In this document: in pieces, positions 47,201 to 59,598 of the stretch
How positions within the stretch are numbered: position 1 is the stretch's first letter
Layout: the number at the start of each line of letters is the position of its first letter
Source of the DNA: Mustelus asterias
Lineage: Eukaryota
Assembly (NCBI RefSeq): GCF_964213995.1
Contig: NC_135824.1
Location: forward strand, 33,418,001-33,482,000
DNA length: 64,000 nucleotides
Direction: 5' to 3'
Program-made: the position numbers and the translations under genes
The notes under the pieces: generated by a model
Told to the model about the DNA's origin: nothing
The model's database searches: none
What the model saw: only the letters and a program-made list of their open reading frames with translations

Positions 47201-50200
47201 TCTCATTTTAGACACCCCTATCTTTGGGAAAAGATGTTGACTATCTAGCTGATCTATGCCCCTCGTTATTTTATAGACCTCTATAAGATCACCCCGAAAC
47301 CTCCTACGCTCCAGGGAACAAAGTCCCAGTCTATCCAGCCTCTCCTTATAACTCAAACCATCAAGTCCCGGTAGCATCCTAGTAAATCTTTTCTGCACAC
47401 TTTCTAGTTTAATAATATCCTTCCTATAATGAGGATGAGCTGAACTGCACACAGCATTCCAAGTGTGGCATTACCAATGTATAGCAGGCAAGAAACAATA
47501 TTTTTCACTGTATCCTAATACATGTGACAATAATGAGTCAAATCAAATGATAATCTGTCACGTAAATACAAGCACTTCTTGTATTCACATCATTAGTTAC
47601 CAATAATACTTGATGGTCAGAATTATATTTAGTGTGAGAATTGTAACTGTGTTGACTATTGAATACTTGAAACTCAAGTGTTTGGCATGCATTGACGGCT
47701 GTATTTTCTCTCCTCATTCTGCATGTTTGAGTTGGAAGAGTAAGCTACACGTTAAAGTGTATCGTGCCCGCGTTTTATGATTAGCGTATGTTTTCTTTTC
47801 AGCAATATCCTGGGATACGGAGTCCAAATAAGGCACCGTCTTCAATTCTGATTTGAAGTTCAATCTGATGCCCCCCTGGGGGAATTGTTTAAATAAGTGC
47901 TTGCAGGCTCAAAGAAATGACAGTCCATAAATCATCATTGAAGAAAACTATTGTTACTTTTGCCATCACAATAGTTGAAAAGTGAGCCACTGACTTGCAA
48001 TCTACCAACTTCTTAAATGCACTGTGGATCTTATTTCAGTTTTAAGTATCTCCTTGACTAATCTTATTACACTTATTTTGGTTTCTGTTTCTCGGTAACA
48101 GTGCGTCTGTTCAGTAAGTCCTGTTTGTAATTTTCTTATTCCCAAGTTGCAGCCCCCAGTCATAAGTTCAGTCATTTATAGTGGTTTTTTTGTTCGGGGT
48201 TACATAAACCAGACTTCCACAAGGCTCGTATATCGCATCCATCGATGTTAATAAATAGGATTTTATTAATATGACATCATGGCATTCGGCTGAATTGAGA
48301 TCTGTGCTGGATGTTCTTCTTAGATGGATGATTTCATGGGTATATTCCCTCAAGTACAGGGAGCAGGAAAGTGAGAAAGAAAGAAGGAAATAAACAAGGA
48401 GAAAAAAAGACTTACATTTGTATTGTGCTTTTCATGATAAATGGATATCGCAAAACGCCTTACAGCCAGGGAAATATTTTTTTCCAAATGTGGTCATCGA
48501 AATAGAATCATAGAAACCCTACAGTGCAGAAGGAGGCCATTCGGCCCATCGAGTCTGCACCGACCACAATCCCACCCAGGCCCTACCCCCACATATTTAC
48601 CCGCTAATCCCTCTAACCTACGCATCCCAGGACTCTAAGGGGCAATTTTTAACCTGGCCAATCAACCTAACCTGCACATCTTTGGACTGTGGGAGGAAAC
48701 CGGAGCACCCGGAGTAAACCCATGCAGACACGAGGAGAATGTGCAAACTCCACACAGACAGTGACCCGAGCCGGGAATCGAACCCGGGACCCTGGAGCTG
48801 TGAAGCAGCAGTGCTAACCACTGTGCTACCATGCCGCCTTTCATGATTGTTACAGAGCCATGCAGCACAGAGACAGCCCCTTCGGCCAACCATGTCTGTG
48901 CCGACAGTAACAGTACGGCATGGTGGCACTGTGGTTAGCACTGCTGCTTCACAGCGCCAAGAACCCAAGTTTGATTCCTGGACTCTACACATTCTCCCCG
49001 TGTCCACGTGGGTTTCCTCCGGGTGCTCTGGTTTCCTCCCACAGTCTGAGAGACGTGCTGGTTAGGTGCATTGGCCATGCTCAATTCTCCCTCAGTGTAC
49101 CCGAACAGCGCCGGAGTGTGGCGACTAGGGGATTTTCACAGTGACTTCATTGCAGTGTTAATGTAAGCCTACTTGTGACACTCATAAATAAACTATAAAC
49201 AAATAAACATATACTAATCCCATTTACCAGCACTTGGACCGTAGCCTAATGTAGAAAACGTGGCAGTCAGTTTGTACACAGCAGGCTCCCATGGACAGTA
49301 ATGTTCCAATAACAATGTAATCGGTATTTTTACCATGTCGATTGAGTGAATAAATATTGGTCAGCACTTTGGGGAAAACTCCCCTGTTCCTCTTTATTTA
49401 ACGCAATGGGATCATTCACATCCACATGAGAGACAGGACCTCAAACAAATCACCTGAAAGAAGATAAATAGAAGATTAAGCGATGACCAAATTAAGATAA
49501 TTAAATAATTTGTTAAGTTGGATCAACTTATTTCTTCTGGTGGGAGGATCCAGCCCAAGGAAGCATAACCTCAACATTAGAGCGAGATCCCCTTTAAAGA
49601 TGGCGCCCTGATCTCTGTGTTTTGCTGGCATGCTTAGGCACTGTCTCCCTGCATGAAGGCGTGAAACGCCCCCTTGATTTCTTTTGGCGGGTGTCATAAA
49701 ACCTGGAGAGAAAAACCAACCCAACATGCTGGTTTTCCCACCAGAAACAACACTCTGCCATTTCTGTGGTAAGATTTAGCCCCTCGTTTCAGGTATCTGA
49801 TGACCAGTTATGACAGATTGATGGATACATTTGGTATTTGGTGCCTAAGCACTTGCTGAGAAGGTTAAAATATATATTTAAACAGGGAATCAATCAAAAA
49901 TTGTGGGTGGTCCAAATCTGGCTCCAGCCGTCTCTCGAACTCTTGCCCAGTATCATGTGGTGGTGTATCTGTCTGACTCCATTAATGAGAAGTCACAAGT
50001 AATGGAAAAATGGCACGATATAGCATAAATTTATGAATCACCCTGCGTTCTCCATTGCCTCCCTGTTTTAGCTTCTACAACTTCAAAGGTGTCTATGTCC
50101 CAGGTGGTTGTTCCCAGTCATTTCATTACCATCTGATTTTCCTCAGCAGTAGCTAGTTGATGTGGAGATTTTTACTCCTAGCATGACAACCTAACCTCAA

Positions 50201-51292
50201 TGATTCTGTGTCCCACAATCTGTACTGAAATGGAATACGGTAATTATATCCCTCCCTTCCAGTGCTCCTTGAATCTACTGCTTTCACTGGGCGCTGCATG
50301 TCACATCTGTATCATTTACACCTACCACATGTCAGAAAGAATAACGTGCACTTGCTTATTCTCTTATCACATCCACGCAGCGTTCCAAAGTAATTTGCAT
50401 GCAATAAATTATACTAGAAATACAGTCTCTGTTGCCATGTAAGCAATCTTGCTTTCTGTATCCAATTGCGCGCACGTGTGTGTAGAGGAGTGTTTTGCTC
50501 ACTGTATATCTAGATATAAAGTACTTACGTTATCTGAACTCAGTATTTATAGCCAAATAGAGAACCAAATCAATCCAGACTGTGGAAGTGTAGTCATCAT
50601 CAGTGCTACATTGTTAGCCCTCATCAGGAGTTTGAGGAGAGGGATTTTCCCCCCCAATCACCACCCCCAGCTCCCTCCTTCCTCCCCCACAACCCGGCAA
50701 GACTGACAAATGTATCCCCCAAGGAGTCTGACTGTAAGGGGGAGTGAAGATTATAGCCTGGAGCCAACACTTCAGACATATCTCAGTTAGATGTAAAGCA
50801 CCTTCGGACATACTGAAGTCATGAAAGGAACTATATCCTAGTAAATACAAATTAATTAATTCATTCCCAGTGTGAATTTGGGCCTCCTATTGCATCAGTT
50901 AGCTACTGAATATTACTGGAAAGGCATCTGCTCTAGATTTGATGGAAAGATACAACATGGGACTCATCTTAAACATGTTAATAAAAACAAACTATTGATA
51001 TTAAGTGATCAACTACAAAAGCACGATAGATAACAAATGGTATAGTTTTTAAAATATTACATAATGAAAGTTTTTACTTTGCTGGAACATGTATATTTAT
51101 TAAATGGATACATGAAAGAGAACAGTGCATTCAACCTCATTGAATAGCAGAGCAGATTCAATGGGCTGAATGGCCTACTTCTGCTCCTATGTCTTATTCT
51201 CTTATGGCATTCCTGAAGGACTGAATGTTCAATGATATACTTCATAACGTACCGCAGATAACCCTCAGCAATCGCAGTATTACTCATATTGC

Positions 51293-52404
51293 GAAGATTG
51301 GATCTCATGGGATAAAGGGGGAGGTGGCTAGATGGGTGGAGAACTGGCTTGGTCACAGAAGACAGAGGGTGGTAGTGGAAGGGTCTTTTTCCGGCTGGAG
51401 GCCTGTGATCAGTGGTGTTCCGCAGGGCTCTGTATTGGGACCTCTGCTGTTCGTGATTTATATAAATGATCTGGAAGAAGGTGTAACTGGGGTGATCAGT
51501 AAGTTTGCGGACGACACAAAATTGGCAGGACTTGCAGATAGTGAGGAGCATTGTCAGAAGCTACAGAAGGATATAGATAGGCTGGAAATTTGGGCAAAGA
51601 AATGGCAGATGGAGTTCAATCCTGATAAATGCGAAGTGATGCATTTTGGTAGAAATAATGTAGGGAGGAGCTATACGATAAATGGCAGAACCATAAACGG
51701 TGTAGTTACGCAGAGGGACCTGGGTGTGCAAGTCCACAGATCCTTGAAGGTGACGTCACAGGTGGAGAAGGTGGTGAAGAAGGCATATGGCATGCTTGCC
51801 TTTATAGGACGGGGCATAGAGTATAAAAGTTGGGGTCTGATGTTGCAGATGTATAGAACGTTGGTTCGGCCGCATTTGGAATACTGCGTCCAGTTCTGGT
51901 CGCCACACTACCAGAAGGACGTGGAGGCTTTGGAGAGAGTACAGAGGAGGTTTACCAGGATGTTGCCTAGTATGGAGGGGCTTAGTTATGAGGAGAGATT
52001 GGGTAAACTGGGGTTGTTCTCCCTGGAAAGACGGAGGATGAGGGGAGACTTAATAGAGGTGTATAAAATTATGAAAGGCATAGATAGGGTGAACGGTGGG
52101 AAGCTTTTCCCCAGGTCGGTGGTGACGTTCACAAGGGGTCATAGGTTCAAGGTGAAGGGGGGGAGGTTTAACATAGATATCAGAAGGACATATTTTACAC
52201 AGAGGGTGGTGGGGGCCTGGAATGCGCTGCCAGGCAAGGTGGTGGAGGCGGACACACTGGGAACATTTAAGACTTATCTAGACAGCCATATGAACGGAGT
52301 GGGAATGGAGGGATACAAAAGAATGGTCTAGTTTGGACCAGGGAGCGGCGTGGGCTTGGAGGGCCGAAGGGCATGTTCCTGTGCTGTATTGTTCTTTGTT
52401 CTTT
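51293..52404 (+). mobile_element. 5'-truncated young CR1 with open RT C-terminal frame
   Basis: ORF 51225-52331 has GVPQGSVLGPLLF, FADD. Tail GGGCCGAAGGGC...(GTTCTTT)2. Confidence 0.94.
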
Positions 52405-54954
52405 GAGTCATATGTTTTTACTGCGTAGAGATATCCTGCTGGTACATAACAGGGTAAATTTACTGATCCTGTATAGAACACGCTCAAAGACAGTGTGAGA
52501 ATTGGTGTTACGGTGTTGGGGTTAAATTGGGCACATTAGGGGGTGCTGAGGGATTAGTGAGGGTGGCATGGTGGCACAGTGGTTAGCATTGCTGCCTCAC
52601 AGCGCCAGGAACCCGGGTTCGATACCCGGCTTGGGTGCCTGTCTGTGCAGAGTTTGCACGTTTTCCCCGTGTCTGCGTGGGTTTCCTCCGGGTGCTCCGG
52701 TTTCCTCCTATCGTCTGAAAGATGTGCCGGTTCGGTGCATTGGCTATGCTAAATTCTTCCCCAGTGTACCCGAACAGGCGCCGGAGTGTGGTGGCTAGGG
52801 GATTTTCACAGTAACTTCATTGTAGTGTTGTAGTGTGGCACTAATAAATAAGCTTACAACTTAGTGTACTTACCCTATTGACCCATATGGTATCTTCACA
52901 TGAATACTTGGAAGTAATAATTAAAAACCAGGCATCTAGTAGATTGGATGAAATATAGAGAGCATTATGGGTGATATCACTCGCTCCACAGCTCCAAGTT
53001 GGGGAGCGGATGACATGGTGGTAATGTCACTGTGACATCCAGACATCCAGGCTAATGCTCTGGGAACATGGCAGCTGGTGGAATTTAAATTCAATTGATA
53101 TTAAAAAGCCTGGAATTGAAAGGTTTGAAATTGAAACTTTGCCATCCTTACCTGATCTGGCCTCTAAAGTAAAGTTTATTTTAAAATAGTCACAAGTAAG
53201 GCTTACCTTAACACTGCAATGAAGTTACTGTGAAAATCCCCTAGTCGCCACAATCTGTCGCCTGTGCGGGTCAATGCATCTAACCAGCACATCTTTCAGA
53301 ATGTGGGAGAAAACCCACGCAGACACGGGGAGAACATGCAGACTCCGCACAGACAGTGACCCAAGCCCGGAATCGAACCCGGGTCCCTGGCGCTGTGAGG
53401 CAGCAGTGCTAACCGCTGTGCCACCGTGCCGCCCCATGTGACTCTATGTGACTCTAGACCCATAACAATGTGGTTGACTCTTAACTGCTGTCAGGGTAAT
53501 TAGAGGTGGGCACCAAATGCTGGCCTTGCCAGTGACGTCCACTTCCCATGAACAAATTAAAACAAGGTTTGATGTTTCTCATTGAAGCACTTTGGAGAAA
53601 TGGAATGTTGACTCACGTACCAACCGACTCAAGAACAGCATCCTCCCTGCTGCCGTCCGACTTTTGAATGGACCTACCTCGCATTAAGTTGATTTTTCTC
53701 TACACCCTAGCTATGACTGTAGCACTACATTCTGCACTCTCTCATTTCCTTCTCTATGAACGGTATGCTTTGTCTGTGTAGCGCGCAAGAAGCAATACTT
53801 TTCACTGTAAACTAATACATGTGACAATAATAAATCAAATCCAGTCAGCCCATGGCTGATTTTATTCCATTCATTCGCAGCTTTTGAATGTTTAGTATTT
53901 TAGCATTCACTGTCCTGAGTGAGATGTTTAAAGGTGATTTGATCGACAATTGGCTAAAACTTAGCAAGGCCGATCCTCGGGAACAGCTAGCCGGTTTTAC
54001 TGTTTCTCTGACTGGGCAACGTTCCCCAGTAAAATGATGCACCATATGTGTTAGTTCTGCAAATCATTTTTTCCACTCATTGCAAAGGGCAGTACAGCAC
54101 ATTGTGCTGAACAAAACTAAATTACATTTTGGTATTGTTTCAAATTGAATTTGATTCATCTGCTTCAATCTAAAGATGCAATTTCTCAGATAAGCTTGTA
54201 AATCTTCAGTAAACAGAAAATTCCTGTTTATAACTGCGTAATAATCCTTCATCTCATCGTCTCCCAACGCCAACTGGCCCAGTAGATTTTCTCAAGACCT
54301 AAGCCACTTATATCCATTTGAAATAGTGTGCAATATTTTTTATGGGACCATCTCCGCAACAGATGTTTTTGCGTTCTCATGGGTATCTTTGGAAAGGTGC
54401 CCATCCCTAGTTGCCCTTGAGAAGGTGCTGTTGAGCTACCTTCTTGAACCACTGCAGTCCATGAGGTGTAGGTACACCCACAGTGATGTTAGGGAGGGAG
54501 TTCCAGGATCAGTGAAGGAATGGTGATATATTTCCAAATGAGGGTGGTGAATGGCTTGGAGGGGAACTTTCCAAGTGGTGGTGTTCCCGTGTGTCCGTTG
54601 CCCTTGTCCTTCTAAAGGTAGAGGTCACAGGTTTTAAAGGAACTATCAAAGGAGCCTTGTTGATTTGCTATAATGTACCTTATATATAGTACCCACTACT
54701 GCCACTGTGCATTAGTGCTGAGGGCGTAAATGTTTAAATTGGTGGATGGCGTGTTGAACAAGTGAAGTACTTAGTTCCTGGATAGTGTCAAGCTTCTCGA
54801 GTGTTGTTGAAGCTGTATGCATTCAGGCAAGTGGAGAGTGGTCTTGATTTGTGCCTTTGTAGATGGACAGGCTTTGATGAGTCAAGAGGTGAGTTACTCA
54901 CCTCAGAATTCCCTGTCTCTGACCTGTTCTTGTAGCCAGAGTATTTGTATGGCT

Positions 54955-55051
54955 GACAGAAAAATGCTGGAAAATCTCAACATGTCTGACAGCATCTGTG
55001 GAGAGAGAGTAGATCCAACGTTTCAAGTCTGGATGATCCTTCATCAGAGTT
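54955..55051 (-). mobile_element. Penelope-like 3' remnant with a degenerate minimal hammerhead motif; related decayed pieces ~19070-19186(+) and ~28275-28360(-)
   Basis: Minus strand reads CTGATGA-aggatcatccagactt-GAAA-cg-TT followed by CTCTCTCCACAGATGCTGTCAGAC...TTTTCCAGCATTTT. Confidence 0.5.
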
Positions 55052-55488
55052 CGCGTCCTTAGAATATTTTTAAGTTACTAAAATAGTCAGATGTGCAACA
55101 ATGAAATCTGTGTATGCCTGGTAATGCATTGCTTTATTTTTGTCTATGTTATATCTTTATAAGTCATGGGCCGGAATTCTCCCATCCCACCTGCCACTGG
55201 AAGTGTAGCAGGTCGGGGGCGGACCATGTAAAGGTCCATTAAAGTTGGCGGGGGGGGGATCTCCAGGCGAGTGCAGCTGGAGAATCCTGCCCATGGACTT
55301 TTGCTGATGCACATTATAACTGGTTCTAATTTCTCTTTGCATTTAAACATAGAAAACACACAATTGAAATCCCTAAGTATGTAACAGTGGGTAAATCAAA
55401 GAGAAGTATTCACAAATAATTAATTTGCACTGTGGTTGAAAAGCCTCTAAAGCCCAGTTTCACTGCAGTGCAGAGGACAAAAACACAT

Positions 55489-56082
55489 GGGGACAATCTT
55501 ACCATTGCGCCCCGCCAACCGATGGGCGAGGTGAGCCGGTAAGATTGCAAGAGATCAGGTTCGCACCCAATTTCTTGCCTCTTACTGGCACTGGATATCC
55601 AGCGCGATCAGCCTCGTGTACACTTCCACTGTGAGACTGAATAAATTAATTAAATGTATTGTAAACATCGTTTAAATGGAATTAGTGAGCCGGGGTGGGG
55701 CGTCGTCATGAATGGCTGCGGGGGTGAGGGTGCGAATGTCTACAGGGCCCCGCAGCACGGGGGGGGGGTGCGGGAGGAGAGTAGTGCTGGGTTTAGGCCA
55801 CGCGATTGGCCTGCTAAAGCAACAGAGGCAGTGACAGGTCTCTTCTGCTCTCAGAGCAGAGACCTGCACATGCGCAATTGCACCCTCTGCTGCTATCAGC
55901 CAGCTTTTGGGTGAGCTAGAACCCACCACACCCCCTACAGGCGGAAATCAGATTGAGGGATTTTTTTTCTTTTGCACAGAATGCATAAAATTCGACTGGT
56001 GTCCTCGCCGCAAAAACGGATCTGAAACTCTCCCGTTTTCCTGCCATTCTGAATTTAGAATATTTTTGCTAAGATTGCCCCC
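55489..56082. mobile_element. Non-autonomous TIR element (possibly Harbinger-like)
   Basis: Termini GGGGACAATCTTACCA / TGCTAAGATTGCCCCC are inverted. Confidence 0.5.
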
Positions 56083-56483
56083 AATAAGTTTGAGAGGCAG
56101 ATGGATACTGAGAGAGGGAGATTTGAAAGTTTATGTGTAAGAATGCTTTTGATAGGTGGAATGGTATGGGAAATGGGGAGCGGACATTTCTTTGCAAGGG
56201 TATGCTAATTTGACCAAATAGTTTGAGGAGGGACAAAGTGGACATTTCTGTGGTTGGGTGTGCTAGCTAGGCTGAGTGATGTAGGATAGGAGGTGTAGAT
56301 TTCTACAGAAAGGTGTGCGAGATGTGTTGAATTTTATGGAGTGAGGGGATGAGGTAATTAATTATATAACAGGATATTTATTTATTAACTCAAAGTATGT
56401 GGGTTAGAGTGATTCCTTTGGGAGGATGCGCCATCAGCTTAAATGATCTCCCTCATCTGGACTTCCATTTGTGCTTTTTGCAG

Positions 56484-56611
56484 GATATTATTGCTTGGTT
56501 CTGCAAGACTTCAGATTCAGAATGTCACAAGCCAGGATACTGGTCTTTACGGATGCACAGTGACCAGTAAACACGGAGCAGATACTGAAACCTCATTACT
56601 GTTGTATTCAG
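56484..56611 (+). CDS. ADAMTSL3: ADAMTS-like protein 3, internal exon completing an Ig-like domain, phase 2-1
   Basis: Acceptor gctttttgcag| and donor tcag|gtaagt. Encodes (R)ILLLGSARLQIQNVTSQDTGLYGCTVTSKHGADTETSLLLYS with the DxGxYxC motif. Phase fits exon 21114-22230. Confidence 0.93.
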
Positions 56612-57107
56612 GTAAGTTGAAATTCATAATTGAGTAAATTGAAATTCTAAATTAAAAACCATTTTCAACAATTATTGAACAGAAAATTCTACATGTTTTT
56701 CCAAATAAAAGAAATTTTAGATTCCATGTATTACATCCACACAGAATTTGCACATGATATTTCTATGATCTCTTGTTCAAATTATTTGTTCATTTCATTT
56801 TGCAATCCACAGTGAGGAAATGTGTGATCTTGAAATTGTAAACTTGCCTTTTATTTCTTTCCAATGAGGGGTATTAACAAAAATATTGTCCTACTTAAAC
56901 GATGAGTTATAATTGCTAAATAGGTTAGAATGTATTTTAATTTTAGGAATTGTACAACAACTTGTGCTTGGATAGAGCATTTTCCGAAACTCTTTCCAGA
57001 GAGACCAAGGATGGGAGATTGGGATAAAATAAGAGGAGAGTTTTGACGGGAGGGAGGTAGCTGAATGATGATGTTCCAGAATGCATTGTAAACAAAATTG
57101 GAATGAA

Positions 57108-57781
57108 GGGCTGAATTTTATGTTGGGGACAGTATGCCCATGCCCCGGTTGAAAGCCTGTTTGTTCTCAGCCAGCTCACCCCCACAACTATTCAACGGCT
57201 GCTGGGCCTTTAATTGGCTTGAGGTGGGACTTTCGCACCCCATCCCCACCATCAAAGAGCGGCTGGTCAACCAAATGCCCATCGGTTCTCCTGTCTCAGC
57301 AGTGCCACTGAGAGCAGTGGCCACCACTGGGACTGCGGGCAGTCCCAAAAGGTGAGCAGCATGGAGCCTGAACTTGTAGGTAAATCCGGGGTCTCATTGG
57401 GGCTAGGCTGGCAGGCCCAAATGAGGATTGACGCGGGGTGTGGTGAGGGGAGGGGTGGGGGGGGGTGGTGCTTTCAGCGATAGATCGAGGGAGAGGAGAA
57501 ATGTGGAGTGGGTGAAATATGTGGATGGGGGAAAGGGTTCCAATGAGCACTGTGTGCCCAAAGAGAAGGTAGCTCTGCCCCCCTCCTGCTACCCACCCCC
57601 CAACCTGGATACCAGCCTCCTCTGTTGCAAGTAAACTCTCAGCAGTGGCACAAGGGAGGCTTTGAAGGTCATGGGGGTGGGCAGGTAGGTGGCAGGCACA
57701 ATGTCGCTGCATGGTGCCCAATTTTATGCTCCCTACTCCTCGCCTGCCAACCCAGCCCTCAGGGAGCATGAAATTCTGCCC
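57108..57781. mobile_element. Non-autonomous TIR element (possibly Harbinger-like)
   Basis: Termini GGGCTGAATTTTATGTT / AGCATGAAATTCTGCCC are inverted. GC-rich interior. Confidence 0.5.
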
Positions 57782-57976
57782 AAAGTGAGAAAGGATGCAA
57801 AGGAGACCTGGATCAGAAGAGTGGAACGTAGCACTGAATGTGATTACAGATCTAGGGTGATACAAGAGGATAATGATTTTGAAATTGGTGCGTGGACAGG
57901 TAGAGAACCAGTGAAGGTTGGCAAGAATAGACTGACCTTCACTCACTTCCAATACACCCACAGAACAACTGAAAGG

Positions 57977-58519
57977 TGTAATATGTCTTTAAGGAATAGC
58001 AACATGACATGACTAGAGGGGCAGTGTGTCATGTGATCCAGTTTTAGTTTCACTTTTGCCTGTGGGCAGAACCCAGCACAGCTCGGATGCTGATGTCCTC
58101 AAAACCTGTCTGCACAATCACCATGCTGCTTTCTTAACCCTATCTGACGCTTCAACTCCATTGCAGTCTGACCAAAATACCGAGTATCTTCTCGTGTAAT
58201 GTAGCATGATCAAAGGCTCTTAAACCTGTCATACTTAATCTTGCTGCCACACTCTTTGACCAATGCTGAACACCAAGCCAAGTTTTTATAATGATACGAA
58301 TACACCAATCATTCATGAGGGATTGGGTAAACATGTTGTGGTTTCATTTATTAAGACTAGGAACATAGAAAGATTTAAACAAATGTAGAAAGCTTGAAGA
58401 CATCAGCAGCAGAGCTGTGTTGGGTCCTGCTCACAGGCAAAAGAGAAACAAAGACCAGATCATATGACATGCTTCCCTTCCAATGATGCCATGCTACGAT
58501 CCCTTAAATGCATATTGCA
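57977..58519. repeat. Element with ~130-bp imperfect terminal inverted repeats, TGTAA...TTGCA ends
   Basis: 57977-~58102 TGTAATATGTCTTTAAGG...TTTTGCCTGTGGGCAGAACCCAGCACAGCTC aligns with the reverse complement of ~58394-58519. Confidence 0.7.
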
Positions 58520-59437
58520 AAAAAAGGGACAACATTCATTTCTTTCAGAATAATTCAATCTTGAAAGTTTCTATTCATCCCACCACTAAATATCCTGAAA
58601 GACAGATACATAGCTCTGATAAAATCAAGCTACAGTAAAGATCATTGTATACAAGCATTTACTATGGGGGACTGGAACGATGGTACACAGGACAGAATTG
58701 GACAGGATACAACTCACAACGGGTGGGGACACAGCAAGTGTCAACAATTGAATAATGAAATGGCAAATGCGTGGATAAGTTTAAAGTTTATTTATTAGTG
58801 TCAGAAGTAGGCTTTAATTAACACTCCATTAAAGTTACTGGGAAAACCTCCTAGTCGCCACACTCCGGCGCCTGTCCGGGTACATCGAGGGAGAATTTAG
58901 CCTGGCCAATGCACCTAGCCAGCACGCCTTTCAGACTGTTGGAGGAAACCGGAGCACCCGGAGGAAACCCACACAGACACAGAGAGAATGTGCAAACTCC
59001 ACACAGACGGTGACCCAAATCTGGAATCGAATTGGGTCCCTGGCGAGTGTTTCAACAAGGGTGGGGAGTGTTGTGGAGGATGAAATGAATGGCCTTGTTG
59101 GTGGAAAGAATGAATATAGTTGCATTTGCAATACCTCATATAAACAAGTGTGCAGTAATATTGGCTTAAAACTTTATCATGGCTTGCTCTAATAGTCATT
59201 GCAGAAAACTGTTCTCCCATTGCAGATTATTAACGGCAATAAATTGTAATCTTATGACACTTATGATGATTGATAATAAGACCAGGAATCTTGCCAACTG
59301 ACGCAATCGAATTTATTGTCTACGGGGTAACTCAACAAAATTCATTAGCATCAAGAGTTTTTCTCACAATCCGGTTGGGATAAAGTCTGTGATAGAAATC
59401 CTGTTGTCTGATATGTCTGTACCCTTATGAAAAGAGT

Positions 59438-59598
59438 CATGATGTGGCGATGCCAGCGTTGGACTGGGGTAAACACAGTAAGAAGTCTCACAAGACCAGG
59501 TTAAAGTCCAACAGGTTTATTTGGTAGCAAATTCCTCTGGATTTTGCTACCAAATAAACCTGTTGGACTTTAACCTGGCCTTGTGAGACTTCTTACTG
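59438..59598. mobile_element. Penelope-like terminal fragment folded back into a 56-bp hairpin
   Basis: 59476-59531 and 59543-59598 are reverse complements with one mismatch. The sequence matches the terminus at 61400-61485. Confidence 0.8.

Noticed and set aside
51225-51292. Apparent novel N-terminus fused to the CR1 RT frame (also 10690-10736 and 26161-26212)
   Set aside because: Chance in-frame flanking sequence at 5' truncation points.
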